Below are positions 11,555 through 24,511 of a stretch of DNA of 64,000 bases, piece after piece (position 1 is the first letter of the stretch; the number at the start of each line of letters is the position of its first letter). The notes beneath the pieces were generated by a model. The model was not told the DNA's origin. It made no database searches and saw only the letters and a list, made by a program, of their open reading frames with translations. The stretch lies in the NCBI GenBank assembly GCA_047495785.1, contig JBLDXI010000019.1:124001-188000 (forward strand). Direction: 5' to 3'. This DNA comes from Lepidodermella squamata. Taxonomy: Eukaryota > Animalia > Gastrotricha. A program made the position numbers and the translations under genes.

Positions 11555-13670
11555 CCCATATCGGCAAAATTTTGCTGGAAACAGCTGGAAAAACAGGTCA
11601 GCTGGAAAGAGGTGGCACATTTTAAAATGTGCCAGGTATTTCCAGCAAACTATTTCCAGCTATTTCCAGCAGTATTTCTCCACGTTATTCCAGGTGATTC
11701 AAATACTTCGTGTTTTCCCTCTAGCTTCAATTAATCAAAAAGAGACAAATGAACTCTATCAGTATTTTATTCAAAAAGTGAATAAGCGCCAGAGACGTAT
11801 ACGAGTATGCATCAGGCACAGGTAGATTTCCGTTAGAATTGCTTCCTCAGCAACGGCTGGGTCTTCAATTTTCGCCAATCGCTTCTTCTCCGCCGGTTGC
11901 TTTGTCTTCTTGTTGTTTCGAGCCGAGTCACTCGCAGCCAATCACGATACATGATGACCTCCATCTTTCAAACTTCACTCGATTCGAGCACCATACCGGC
12001 TCCAAGGACTATACCTGAAAACAATAAGAATGTTTAGCAGCAGACAACTAACATGAGGGCACTCTTACCGTAATTCGTACTGCTTGCCAAGTATTAAGAT
12101 TTAAGGGACGGCACCGGCTATGGGTTTGAACCCTTTTCTTTGCCCACCCTGTTAATAGCAAATATAGATTCCCAGGCATAAGCATTAAGTCTCCTCTTAC
12201 CTGCTGAGCCAGCGAAGTAGATTCGAGCCATTTGAACATTCTCAATTGTCACCTGCTGGAGACAGCCATCGGAACTTGAAACCGTAGACAATTTGCCGAG
12301 TTTCTAGCTGAAATACAATTAGTTTTGATATAACTTCAGCATCGGGATAATTACCTTGAGAGTCATTGCCACGCTTCGCCATGAACCTCCTTAATTCGGC
12401 CGTTTAGTCTAACAGAAAATTAAAAGTAAGATTTCGCAACTAGACATAACAATGTTTAATCACTCACGATATTGAAGAAATCAATGATAAGTGTTGAGAA
12501 AAATTAAAGGCCCAAACCCTATGCTTTCCAGCTATAGCGAACTTTATGTTACGAATGACGATGAAAAGTAATAATTAACGATGTGGCTTGCTAGTCTGCG
12601 CGCGTGCCTTATTTTATTACCCCTAATAATGCGAACCGCCGACCCAAAAATGCGTGCAGGCCATAGAGAACAGAAGTACAAGAGAGGAAACTCACGCTGG
12701 AAACTTGAAACATTAATTCGAAGCGGTTTTTTTAAGCCGGATCTTTTCACAAAATGCGCGTTCTTTTTTAGCGCACTTTTCTCGCTCAAACCCACCAAAT
12801 TTCGGCAAAGCTTTTCTCCGGCTTTACTACTTCAAATCGGATTCCCCTTTTTATGGTGAATAGACCTGGTCTTGAACTTCAAAAGTGCAAAAGGTTAGGT
12901 CGATATATGCAACGGCTAAGCCTTGGCATCCTTTGGAAGCTGAAAAAATTCAGCGAAAAATTTCGCAAAAATAGCTCATTTTCGACGAATTTCGACGAAA
13001 TTCGTTGAAAATGGGCTATTTTTGCGAAATTTTTCGCTGAATTTTTTCAGCTTCCAAAGGATGCCAAGGCTTAGCCGTTGCATATGTCGACCTAACCTTT
13101 TGCAATTTTGAAGTTCAAGACCAGGTCTATTCACCATAAAAAGGGGAATCCGATTTGAAGTAGTACAGCCGGAGAAAAGCTTTGCCGAAATTTTGTGGGT
13201 TTGCGCGAGAAAAGTGCGCTAAAAAACTACGCGCATTTTGTGAAAAGATCCGGCTTAAAAAAACCGCTTCGAATTAATGTTTCAAGTTTCCAGCGTGAGT
13301 TTCCTCTCTTGTACTTCTGTTCTCTATGCCTGCCTATTAAAGTTCAGCGCTGACGCAACGACGGCGAATAAATAATAGGCGAGCAAATTCCGATTGAAAA
13401 TTGCTGCATAAAGTATTTAGTGGAAGAAATGAGGTGGATTTTTTTCTACGAGTACAATTGTGTCTGGATAGAATGTTCAGCTTTCTCCAGCTGATTTTCC
13501 TTATTTTACGGACTTAGGCTATTTCGTCGCTTTGAATGCTACCTGGAATTAGCTGGAATTTTTCTAACCAACTTTCTCCACCTCTTTCCACTTGTCTGGA
13601 CGAATTTCCAGCTATGTCCAGCTTCGGTTTGAAATTCCAGCTATCTCCAGCAAGAAAATGCCGATATGGG
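11555..13670. mobile_element. 2.1-kb non-autonomous TIR element with CCC...GGG termini and 2-bp TSD (CMC/EnSpm-like)
   Basis: ~36-bp imperfect TIR CCCATATCGGCA...TTGCTGGA..AGCTGGAA; CA on both flanks; subterminal CCAGC/GCTGG motif arrays. Confidence 0.7.
12662..13328. repeat. Near-perfect 667-bp palindrome (333-bp arms, 1-nt spacer at 12995)
   Basis: CATAGAGAACAGAAGTAC...GTACTTCTGTTCTCTATG; arm coordinates are symmetric about 12995 (no net indel) with only scattered substitutions. Confidence 0.95.
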
Positions 13671-15671
13671 CAGTTTTTGTACAGCCTAAACGGTGATAGA
13701 TAGAGACAAACGGCTTTCAAAATCGTGATCGGGGCCCTCTAAAACCCCTAGAACTGCCGTCAAATATTTTTTCTCCCGCAGATAAATAATTCCGCCAATA
13801 AAGGGTTAAAACCACAACTCAATTTCACTTTCCTAAACTCCCAAATGTTTGAAAATTTTGCCAATTGGAACTGGACAAAGTTAATCGCACGTTGGAATCT
13901 TGGGCGAAACGAAATTCGTTTGCATCGAATTCTGATCTACAGGAATTAAATCGCGAAATTAAACCAAAATCTAAACGGCGAAAATAAACCAAACGGCCTT
14001 TTTACGCGGAATTTATCGGAATTTATTTCTGTCATGTAATCACTCAACAATTCTCGTATGTCCCCAAAACTAATTTTGATAAATATAGCGAATTCGGTTC
14101 TGCAACAGGCAATCATTTCAATTGCTGTAAACATGATATTAATTCTGTGCCATTTGATTTATTGCAGCATCCGAATATCACTCATTTAATATCACGAAAA
14201 TCCGGTGAAATTGTTAATGAAATGCAGGAAGTCGATCGGTTTTAGTCTCTCGCAGCGTGTTCGCACCCGTAGTAAACAATTATTGTTTTGGCTACTCGCC
14301 GCAACATACTGTTTTTACTGCCAGCAAAAAATGACCTCTTCGAAGCCAGGTACGGCGCACTTTTTGGTAGCGCGGCTGTTCATACTACCATAATAGACGA
14401 GTGCATGCACCTGCCAAGAGATTATCATCACAGATGCTATAGCGCTAATGTCGAAATAACGACCCTGGGCAAATTTAGAATACCATCCCTCATTTATACG
14501 GCAGGTTGATTTTTCCAGAACTTCGGCCACAGTAATGAACGCGATCGCGATTTGTTCTCATTTTTTCACCCTCCGCATCGGACAATTTTTTCCGCGCTCA
14601 CACATAGACATATTGCTATGAGTGAAGTGAAAGCACGCTAAGAAAAAATGGCGCTGGCTATTTAAGCAATGTAGTACATATTTTTATATATGAGATATAT
14701 AGAGGTATGAATATTACTTCCATCTTCGCATCATGCCAATAAACGAAAAATAAACACGTGAGATAGATAGCCTGTATTTTATTAGACAGTTTTCATTAGT
14801 GCGTTTTTTTGGCACTGAAACTCCTTATGAGAAGCCAAGAGATGCAACAAAACATTTAGCTGGTTTTATTTATTTGAGTTCGCTATTATTCTGATTTTCT
14901 TTAGATCTATAAATTACGAATTTATTTCCCTTTTATGACGAAAAATGATGCTCCGATTATAAATCTGGGTTAACTCGTTTTAAGCAATTGACCTAAATTC
15001 TCGTAATGTATCTAGGTCATGGGGCAATTTTAGCTTGTATCTAGCAATGATCTGTACCTATTGTTTTGCCTGCTATAAATGCTTATTTGTTTTGATAAGC
15101 TGACCTTAGGAGAGGGCTGCTGTAGCATTTTTACCTGGCTTCTAATGCCGTCCAGGCGTGCAGCGGCTCCTGGATGCTAATGTTCGCCGCGAGTTAGTAT
15201 TGCAAACGTGGTACAGCTCGCATTAAAAAAACCGCTACTGCAATGATTTACATCCACCATAAAAAACACAGACATGTTGTATTATTTTCTCCCGTTATTA
15301 GACCAAGCCCCATTATATACAATTCCTGTGCATACAACGAGTATAATACCTGGAACACGCAACTGCTATTGTCATTGTAATAATCTCTGCCCTTTTTTTA
15401 ACGACATGTCAATATACGACGTGTTTGCTATAACACACTAAACAATTACGAGGCTCGTAGTAAAAAAAAGGCGTTCAAAGTCCAAATAGTGAGGTCATTA
15501 GAGCGCCTGCGCGTGGCCACCTTGACACGGCACTTATATGTGAAAGCCGCTCCGTCTACTATGAACGAAATATACAGTTCCCGTGACATTACTCATTGTT
15601 TTGTATTATAGATGTTATAATTGCCTGAGCTATTTTCTTCTGGAAAGGTCCTATATCGCTCTCCGAACAAT

Positions 15672-16689
15672 ATGCCCGCTAGTAAAACTGGTAGGCAGTT
15701 AGCCAGAAATAGCCAATCGCCCCCGATTTTTAAACCGCAGACGCCTGAAGAAAAAGCTGCGGCTAAACGACTCATTCCATACCGAGAATCGATCGACAGC
15801 AATAACTCAACGCCCTCAAATGGCAATAAAAGCAGGGTGAGTAAACCTTCGATTAGCGAGCAACCTCCATGGCCGGCCTCATTCTTCATGGTTGGCCACA
15901 CGGCGATCTCGATTATTAAACTGCCCGATGACGAGCTGGAAGGCGCTGATCACAACGCATCGGTCCGATCAAAGCTAACCAGCCAATACGGGCTATTTCG
16001 ATTCATTCAAATTGTGAGTTGATCGTCAAAACAGGAAATTTAAATTTTTAATTTTTAAAATTTTCCCAGTTTTTGACATTTGTTGAACTTGGATTGATAT
16101 CAGCCCTCGTCGCTGGCGATGTTGAGTACCGCTTATATGTGATATGGCTAATACAAGTGCCGTTATTATCGATAATCACGGTTCTGGTCCAGCTATTTTC
16201 GCCTAGGTGTCGAGTTAACAACGCTTGCTTGGTGGGTTTTTAATTTTTTAATTTCATGAAGCTCTAATTGTTTTTCTTATACAGGACATGGTTCAAGCAT
16301 CACTTTTCTTCGCTCAAGCGATTGTACTTGTACTATTTTACATGTTCATCTGGGCAGTAAAATATTACACATGGCGTGGTCAATACTTTCTTCCAATTTC
16401 CACTGCTGCTTCGGTAAAAAAAATTATTAATTTTTTTCAAAATTAAAAAAATATATTAAAGTATTTAAATGATTTCCAAAATTTGAAAAATAATTTTTTG
16501 AGCGAATGAAACTTTTTATTTCAAGTCTTGAGTCTGCATACAATTTCAAAATTTTTAAATAATTTTTTATTTTATTTTTAGGTGATTTGCTTCATTCTGT
16601 CGCTTACTTTTTGGATAACTGGCTGCAGTTCGGCGTGCTGTCGGTGTTTACACCCGAAGCCTCGCCTCCGGCCAACCACAGCTGTTTGA
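15672..16689 (+). CDS. Four-exon MARVEL-like four-TM protein with Cys-rich tail
   Basis: GT-AG introns join in frame: ...KLTSQYGLFRFIQI|FLTFVELGLI...NNACL|DMVQASLFF...STAAS|VICFILSLTFWITGCSSACCRCLHPKPRLRPTTAV*. Confidence 0.75.
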
Positions 16690-17063
16690 ACCCGAAAAAC
16701 GGCCAACTCTCGAGACACCGTGTCGTAAGACGCTCAATCAGCCCGCCAACACCGCGACTCCTACAATTTTCATGACGGCTACGAAAATCCTCCTTCCTCT
16801 GCATAATCAAGTATTACGAGGCAAGCCCGATACCAAAGATATTAAATGACACTCGTTTTAACCGGTGCTTTTATCTTTGTTGAATTCACTTAAACTATGA
16901 TTGAGCGGCATGGTGTTTCGAATATCATAAAATTTTGTTATTTTTTTCTTTCGTTTTCCAAACGTTCTCCTCGCATTTTTAAAATAATGAGATGGAATAA
17001 AGTCTGAATTTATTTTTTCGAAAATATTGTCCATCGCATCACATCGGGTTATAGGTATTTTTG

Positions 17064-19380
17064 TTAAATTGTTATCGGCCGAGTTGGCTTCTTGGGTGGC
17101 GCTTTTGTTATGAAATTTTTCACATTTTCATTCGTCACCACGTCGAGTGCCGTGTTATTCGTGGCATTCTCATCGTCGAGCCGTGCGCCATTTGCCAGCA
17201 ACAGCCCGACTATTGTTGGCTTGGCGTTCTTGTACGCAGCGATCATTAGCGCCGTCCAGCCGACCCCGACCCCAAGCCACGACTGAGCTTTTGATGACCG
17301 CCGATTAACATCGGCGCCGCGGTCTATGAGCAGGCGCGCGAATTCCGTGTGCTCGCAGTAACACGCCCGCATCAGCGGTGTCCAGCCATACATGTCTTCG
17401 TGGTTCATTTTAGCGCCCCATTCCAGCAGGTTTCGACCCATATCAACATGGCCGTAACGAGCTTGAAATCGAAAGGATCGAAATTAAAATTTTAGCAATG
17501 AAACTGCGAATTTGTATTCAATTTTCAATTATCCTCCTTAATATTAATATTCCGAAATTAAAGATTGGCTGATCCTCTAAAGCAAAGGATCAAAGCCTAG
17601 GATATTCCAAATAATAAGTGGTTTTTAATGTTTACTATTTATCCTAGAATTTGGGACATCAAGTTGGAAAAGTCTGGAGGAATTTGAAGTTGTAACGATT
17701 AATCTGAATATTTTTAATCCAGGTGGATTCCCTGCTCAAACCAATAGGCCGATCTTTGTTTTTCAATTACAGAGAAATCAAAGCTTTTATGGAATACCCG
17801 TGCCAACCTTCATCAAAAAATATTTGTTGAGGTATATTATCGTTAGTGTCGTTGAATAACTCGGCTTTTTCACGTCAGTTTAAGGTGAAAGATGGCAAGT
17901 AAAAGGTCTTTGTTTTTGCATCTTCATTCACGTTAAAAACGTCGTGTTTTACTTGCCAACCTTCATCATTAAACGGATGTAAACAAGCCTAAATCCGAGT
18001 TATACCGACGCTAACGAGGGCCCCATATCATCCAATGTAAAATGTAATGACTGTAAATATCGAATTTCAAGGTCTGATTGAAACTGATTGAAACTAAGGG
18101 TAGACCCTTCCTAAGTTTGCATCGATCTTGGCGGTCTTGACCAGGCGATCTAATATTTTTTTCTGGAAATGCCCTTCGAAAAAGTAAACGGCAATGCCTA
18201 TAATAATTCGACATTTACGTTAAAACAATTTCTTCAACTTCTTGAAAAACAGCCGATTTCGGTGCTGGCAGATCAGTCAGGCATAATCTTCCCAACCTAA
18301 GTCCATAAACACAAAAATAATTCCTAAATTACGGTGTGTCCCAGAATTTGCGCCATTTATTAATTTGGCAACTTTTTGTAGGAAATTCAACTAATTTTTG
18401 TAAATTAAACCCACCGAGGGAATATTCCATCTTTTATCCGCAATTCAACCGGAGAAAACCGGAGAAAACCCGGAAAACCCCGATGATAACTGGTTCGGTA
18501 ATTTTCGGTATTTTACCCGGTTGGAACAAATTTCTCCGGACTTTTTTAATCCCATTAATCAGTAACATATTTGATTACTATTCTCGTGATTTTTGAATTT
18601 TTCTAAATTTTTGGCCATAAGATGTGACTTTTATCTCTTATTTTACTGAACCCTTTCCCATGTATTTTCTCAGCTTGCGTTACTTATTGGACAGGCTGTA
18701 TCGATGATTCTCAATCCTCACAAAATCATGTTGTCACCTAGAGCAAACCCAGGTTACATATGGTAATAAGTTCCGAATTTACCTGCGTATGCCAACAAGG
18801 ACCAGCCGTCTTTGTCGTGAAAATTCGGATCTGCGCCACGTTCCATTAAAATGCGAACAATTGGGGTGTGGCCGTAAATAACGCCCCATAAATACGGTGG
18901 CCAGCCACTGTTGTCCTTCTCGTTCAAATCAGCCCCGTGGTCTAGTAAATAAGTGCCGATTTCCAAGTAATTATTGATAGCACACCACGTTAGAATCGAC
19001 CAGCCAGCTTCGTTTTTCACCTTCAAATTGGCGCCGCGTTCGACCAGCGAACGTACCTGGGCGAAGTCTCCTTGTTGCACCCGTTGAAGCAGCTCTTCGC
19101 CATAGACCAAGCTCACCTTAACAAATCAAATTGATAGTTTCAAAATCACCAAGGCGACTAAATATCGGGAGGGAAATTGGACTAATTTTCAGCATTTCCA
19201 GTGTTAGAAAACAAATAATTATTGCAAATAACTTACTGTAGCTTCTACCCTCGCTGCAATTTCGTCATGCTTGGATGATTTTCGCCGTTTCGCCACCTGA
19301 TTATCCGATTCTTGATAGTAGCTCGATAATGAAACTCTATAATTTCTCATTCTCGAACTTGGCACCACAGGTGCCGACAT
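17064..19380 (-). CDS. Ankyrin-repeat protein, three exons
   Basis: Exons 19380-19237, 19116-~18783 and ~17462-17064 splice in frame; repeats such as GWTPLMRAC, GWTALMIAA, GADLNEKD. Confidence 0.85.
17840..18017. mobile_element. Palindromic MITE family, copy 2 (intronic)
   Basis: tcgttagtgtcgttgaataactcgg ... ccgagttataccgacgctaacga. Confidence 0.8.
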
Positions 19381-20424
19381 TTTAATCAACATTTTCGTGA
19401 ACCCTCTCTCGAACTTTTGCGGATTTATTTCCCGCGCAAAAGATGCTCTGAATGACTGTGAGTAACTTTTTCAGAATGTTATGAAATTCGAGTGCGAAAA
19501 ATGATAAATGGCTGCCTTTTCGAATGGGTTTCTCTTGAAAAGCGAGTGCGAGATAGAAAAGGACAAAGTGAGGACGCGGCTGGGTGAGAGAATGAGATAC
19601 AGAAAGACAGTTATTATTACGCAAAAAAATGCGCGAATTTTCTTAGTAGTTCTCTACAAATCTACCTGTTTATGTATAGTCTCCTGGCGACGGGCGACGC
19701 CTGAAGCGAAAATTTGTAAAATGTCATTGATAAATAGGTTGGGAATCAAGCGATGCTTTTTGCTGGTATTCAATAACGTGTTTACACACCGTGCAATTGA
19801 AGGTGAAAGACGCCGTCTCAACGCAAGCTATTTTTATTACCCGGGGCACGTACGAATCAGACGGCCTCTAGCGAAAAAAAACCCATCCTAAAAATTCTGG
19901 GTTAATTAAGTTTTACAAGATTGCGTTTTATGAAATAGCCAAATTCGAGGCTGTTTTATGACAAATTTATAGGTTGAAAAATAATAACACTCAGGTGAAG
20001 CTGAGAGCTCTCAATTTTTTAATGAGAAGCTTACAATTTCCTCAAGTTAAATCGGCTGGATTTATGACAACCAGACAGGCATTATAATTTGAAACAATTA
20101 CGATTAAAATACAAATAATGTCACGTGATATTCACGCATCGAAGTGAGCGGAAAAAATTCGAAAGACAATGAGTGTCAGCTGTTAAACATAAGATCAGGC
20201 CTGACGCCAAATTTTGTTCGAGATTACTTGGCAAAAGTTTTCACATTACACACACACAAACGCACACACAATATTTCATCCACACCTCAATATCGATTTT
20301 TTTCCGATTTTAATTCGATTCAAATAATTTCCGCTTATATAGGAAGCTGCTGAAACGTGCCGGTATTATTTCAGTATGCCCATATAGCTGAGATTTATTT
20401 TTGCTTGATGTAGATATTGTTGAT

Positions 20425-20946
20425 ATGGTCGGATACGAACGGCTGCAAAGCGTGGAACTCGACAGGTATTTCTCAATTCGAATTTATCATCATTACTTTT
20501 TCTAAAATCTTAGGGAGAATGTCGAAATTCGTGGGGTTGAAACACTCGGGCGAGTCGTACTGCCCGAGGGTGGTTTGATCGCGACAGAAATGACGATTTC
20601 CACAAGCCCGGCGGCGAACTTTGTCATCGCAACCCAGCCGCTGTCGAAAGCTGAAGAATACCAGCGTGACCTCCGCCGGCGTCGAAATTTCGCCCTGATT
20701 ACGTCACTACTGTCCTTGCTCACTCCCGCCTTCTGCCTATCGATGCCGGCATTTCTGCTCGCCCTACAACCCGTTGCAAAAGCTTCGCGTTCAACGTACT
20801 TGTGGTCGGTTCGATTCGCATCTATGGCACTGGTCCTCGGCGTGCCGCTCTTCATCTACCTGGTGCGAATGTACCTGGCCGGGTATCAACAAAGCCAGGC
20901 GCTGAAATGTCACGCCGATTTGCATGGCTACCTCATTTGCGATTAG
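20425..20946 (+). CDS. Dispanin/CD225-like small membrane protein, two exons
   Basis: ATG 20425, intron 20466-20513 joins in frame to ORF 20575-20946; VIATQP...RRRRNFALITSLLSLLTPAFCLSMPAFLLAL...second hydrophobic segment. Confidence 0.75.
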
Positions 20947-21467
20947 TGCAAAACGTGGAAAAATTGGCGGGAAAATTCCGCCTAATTTGCTCACACCGAT
21001 GATTTTTTTCTGCTTCTTGAACAAAGTTTTACCTGATCACAATAAAACAACAATAAATAACTTGTTTTCCGAGACGTCGTCGCTGTCGCCGTCTTGATGG
21101 TTGTTCATCGCGGGAAAAGCGCAGTGAGTAAATAGCGGTATATAAAATATCGTGAGCGCGTGTTATTTGCGCCCGGCTAAAAACCGTGTTTGTTCGGCGA
21201 CAAAAACAGCACTGCTGCGCAATGACTTTTTGACGCGGAAATCTACCAGTTTTGTTATTGTAAATACCAAATCCCGAGAAATTAAAAATTTGCACCTCAG
21301 AATGAAAATATCTTTTCTATGGCCGACTTAGCTATCCGAAACCATTTTTTAGCTAACCGTCGGGAATTATTATGAGAATAATAAGACTTGGTATGACAAT
21401 ATGTTGATCGTTGAAGAGCTTTTGCCTCCTGATAATCGAAGAGCTGATGCCTTTCGAAATAGGATCA

Positions 21468-21539
21468 TCCCTGATGGTCTAGTGGTTAGGATTCCGCGTT
21501 CTCACCGCGGCGGCCCGGGTTCGATTCCCGGTCAGGGAA
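21468..21539 (+). tRNA. tRNA-Glu(CTC)
   Basis: 72-nt cloverleaf TCCCTGA...CCGCG TT CTC AC CGCGG...GGTTCGATTCC...TCAGGGA A; T7 terminator at 21541. Confidence 0.97.
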
Positions 21540-21610
21540 CTTTTTTTCATTTTCCGTTTTTTATTTTATTTTTTTTTAATTTCAAATTATTTATTTTGTG
21601 AGCTATTTAT

Positions 21611-21908
21611 GGCTGGAAGCAGTGGCGTGCTTCTGTGACTCAGCGACTTGAGGGCCGGGCTTGGCGAATGGGTGGCCGGTGGGAGCCCTGTCTGCGGATG
21701 TCACATGTCGATCGAGCGCCCCGTGTAAGTACGCCATCAACATGGTCGGTGCGGCGGAGGCCGTACTGCCCAGGTTGCGTAATGACACGTCAAAGGTCAG
21801 GTCCTGACGGAAGCAGCCTAACGATGTGCGTGGTGAGCGGTACCGGGACAGTGCTTGTGAATGTGCGCCGCAGTCAGCCCATCGGTTCACACAAACCCAA
21901 ATCTTTTT
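21611..21908 (+). ncRNA. 7SL (SRP) RNA, copy 1
   Basis: ~295 nt collinear with metazoan 7SL: Alu-domain 5' end with UGU motif, CATCAACATGGT, helix 6 with GGAG loop, CCAGGTTGCGTAA, helix 8 GGTCAGGTCC-TGAC-GGAAGCAGCC, TGTGAAT, terminal oligo-T. Confidence 0.92.
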
Positions 21909-21952
21909 CCGCTTTTTAAAATTTTTTAAAATTTAATTTCCCACTTTAGGCA

Positions 21953-24305
21953 ATGAAATTATCAGATTATTTAGTGCTCATATCGGCAGTAGTAGCTCGA
22001 AGTTACGCCGCGGCTAGTAACAACCAAAAACACCACAAAGGCCAATCAGGCCCTCGCCCACCTCCAGGTGGCCATCACCATGGCCACGTGAACATGGCCC
22101 ACGTTCTGGAGCACATCAACGACGACTACTCAAATCACCCATGTCGCCGCGATTGCGAGGAATACCCGGCGCCTATGGTTTGCGAGTACCGCATGCACGT
22201 TGCCTGGTACACAACAATGGGCCGAGCGTGTTACTTTTGCCCGTCGATCCTCTCCGATTGCATGAAACCAGGCTGTATACCAGGCTCTGGAACTCAACGC
22301 GGCGTTGTAGTCGCTAATCGCCAATTGCCCGGTCCTTCAATCGAAGTCTGCATCGGCGATCGGATTCGGGTTAACGTCGTTAATATGATGCAAAATGGCG
22401 AGACTCTGACCATTCACTGGCATGGAATACCCCAGCGTGGGACACCCTATATGGACGGAGCAGCCATGATCACCCAATGCCCGATAATGCCTGGCGGTAA
22501 TTTCACCTACGACTTTGAAGCCGCAATACCTGGGACCTATTTCTGGCATGGCCACACCGGCGCCCATCGAGCTGACGGCCTAGCGGGTCCCCTGATCATC
22601 CGCACCCCATCCGACCCTCATCGCGAACTTTACGACAATGACAATCTACCGGCGATGATGATGCAAGACTGGTTCCCGAATGAGACCGGCATAAATCGAT
22701 TTGTGACTTATAACTTCGGAAACGCCAATTCGTCCCCGACTCAGCTTTTATTCAACGGAATATGGACCGAGCCGAACGCCGGTCGAAAATCTGATAAATC
22801 CGATGAAGATAACCCGTTACCCCCGTTCCCTATCCCACTTCCACCCGTTGAAATACGCGTCGAAGCTGGGCAACGTTATCGTTTCCGCCTGATTAACAAC
22901 GCATTTTGGCTAACCCCAATTCGATTTACTATTGAAGGACATAATTTAGTGGTTATCGCGAGTGATGGCCAGCCAATTCTGCCTGTTGTGACTCGAAGCT
23001 TGACAATTTTGCCAGCCGAACGTTTCGACGTAATTCCTTACTTCACCGGCGATCAGATTTCAATGACTGGCTACTACACGATTAGCATGAAAGGGCTAGG
23101 CGATGGGGATGAGGGCGAGGCTTGTACCTATGCCAAGTTGATTTATCGCAAGGGCGAAATTCCGGCTCCGATGGATGCCATGCAGGCGACGAATGGACTT
23201 ACCAATCACGTGTTAGATGAGGTCAACTACTGGGATTGGACTAATTACAGGGCTAATGATGACGGCATGGTTGGGCGGAAAATTTCTCAGCTCAGGTCGC
23301 TCTATCAAGGCCAATATGTTACAGGAGTTCCAGACTTCAAACTGCTGGTCGAATTTGTAAGTTCTTGATTAATATTCAATAAATAGTAAATATTAATTTT
23401 GAGAATCTTAGATTTTAATGAATTTCTTAAATTTAAATATCAATTTTAAATCAAAATAAATATATTTTTTCAATTTCATTTTCAATTTTTAATTTGATTT
23501 TTTTCAGGATTTCGAAGAGGTTAGAGACCCTCGATTGGAGCCATTATATATCGCTCGAAAAGACTTCGAGCCGTCGAAATTTTTCCCGTCCACATTCATC
23601 ACACCTCGTCTCAATAAAATCACGAACCTAATGCCGCCTGTTCCTCTACTAACGCAAGAGAACGAAATTCCCGAGGACATGTTCTGCAATGCCCAAAACC
23701 GCAAATGCCCGCCTACCGAGTTCTGCGAGTGCATTCACGCCGTTGACATACCAGTTGGAGCATTGGTTGAGCTTGTGATGGTCGACAATGGGTTCTCTGA
23801 TGAAACAGTTGATTTTAACCACCCGATGCACATACATGGCTATCATTTCCGCGTCGTCGCTCAGGGCAAGCTCCACCTTAATCTGACGCGTCGTGAGGTC
23901 ATGGAACTGGACCTTTTCGGGCAGATTCCACGCAATCTTCATTACGCGCCGTTGAAAGACGTGATTGGAGTCCCGGCGGGTGGGTATACCATCGTGAGAT
24001 TTGTTGCTGATAACCCGGGCGCTTGGCTCTTCCACTGCCACATCGACTTCCACATGGAGTTTGGCATGGGCATGGTACTTCGCGTTGGCTACCAGCGTCA
24101 CTTGCCTCCGCCTCCACCTAATTTTCCGACTTGCTCTTATTCGGCTATGATGGCGGCTTTTATCGATAAATCAATCAATTATCAGCCACCTGGTTACTTG
24201 CCTCGAAAGCGAAATGCGGCCCATCTAAGGAATGACAAGGGTCAGAATAGAACAATTCTACCGTCTCCGTGGCCTGTTTCATCGTCTACGTCGCCTAGGT
24301 ACTGA
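21953..24305 (+). CDS. Secreted laccase-like multicopper oxidase 1 (intron 23357-23507)
   Basis: Signal peptide, His-rich and Cys-rich N-terminus, copper motifs HWHG, WHGH, HPMHIHG, HCHIDFHMEFGM; AATAAA near 24353. Confidence 0.95.
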
Positions 24306-24511
24306 ATGCGATGCTTTCGGGATTAAAATGTCGCACTTTTTCTTGATTTTATTAATAAAATTGAATAATATTTTAAAAGAAAGTGATCTTCTATGAAGCA
24401 AACTTAGGGATTAGGGATTAAACGGAAATTTAATCGGCTATTGCAGATCCTGAAACCTTCCTAATGTCATTCTTCGAATAAAAGGTAACATTTGGAGCCG
24501 AAAAAATATTG

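Noticed and set aside
21795-21818. Bacterial 4.5S RNA or contamination
   Set aside because: The motif is embedded in a full ~295-nt eukaryote-type 7SL with Alu domain and oligo-T terminator, among intron-containing genes.
21603-21919. ORFs 21603-21890 and 21635-21919, and their mirrors 24430-25011 and 24531-24833
   Set aside because: They overlap GC-rich 7SL and tRNA genes; incidental frames.
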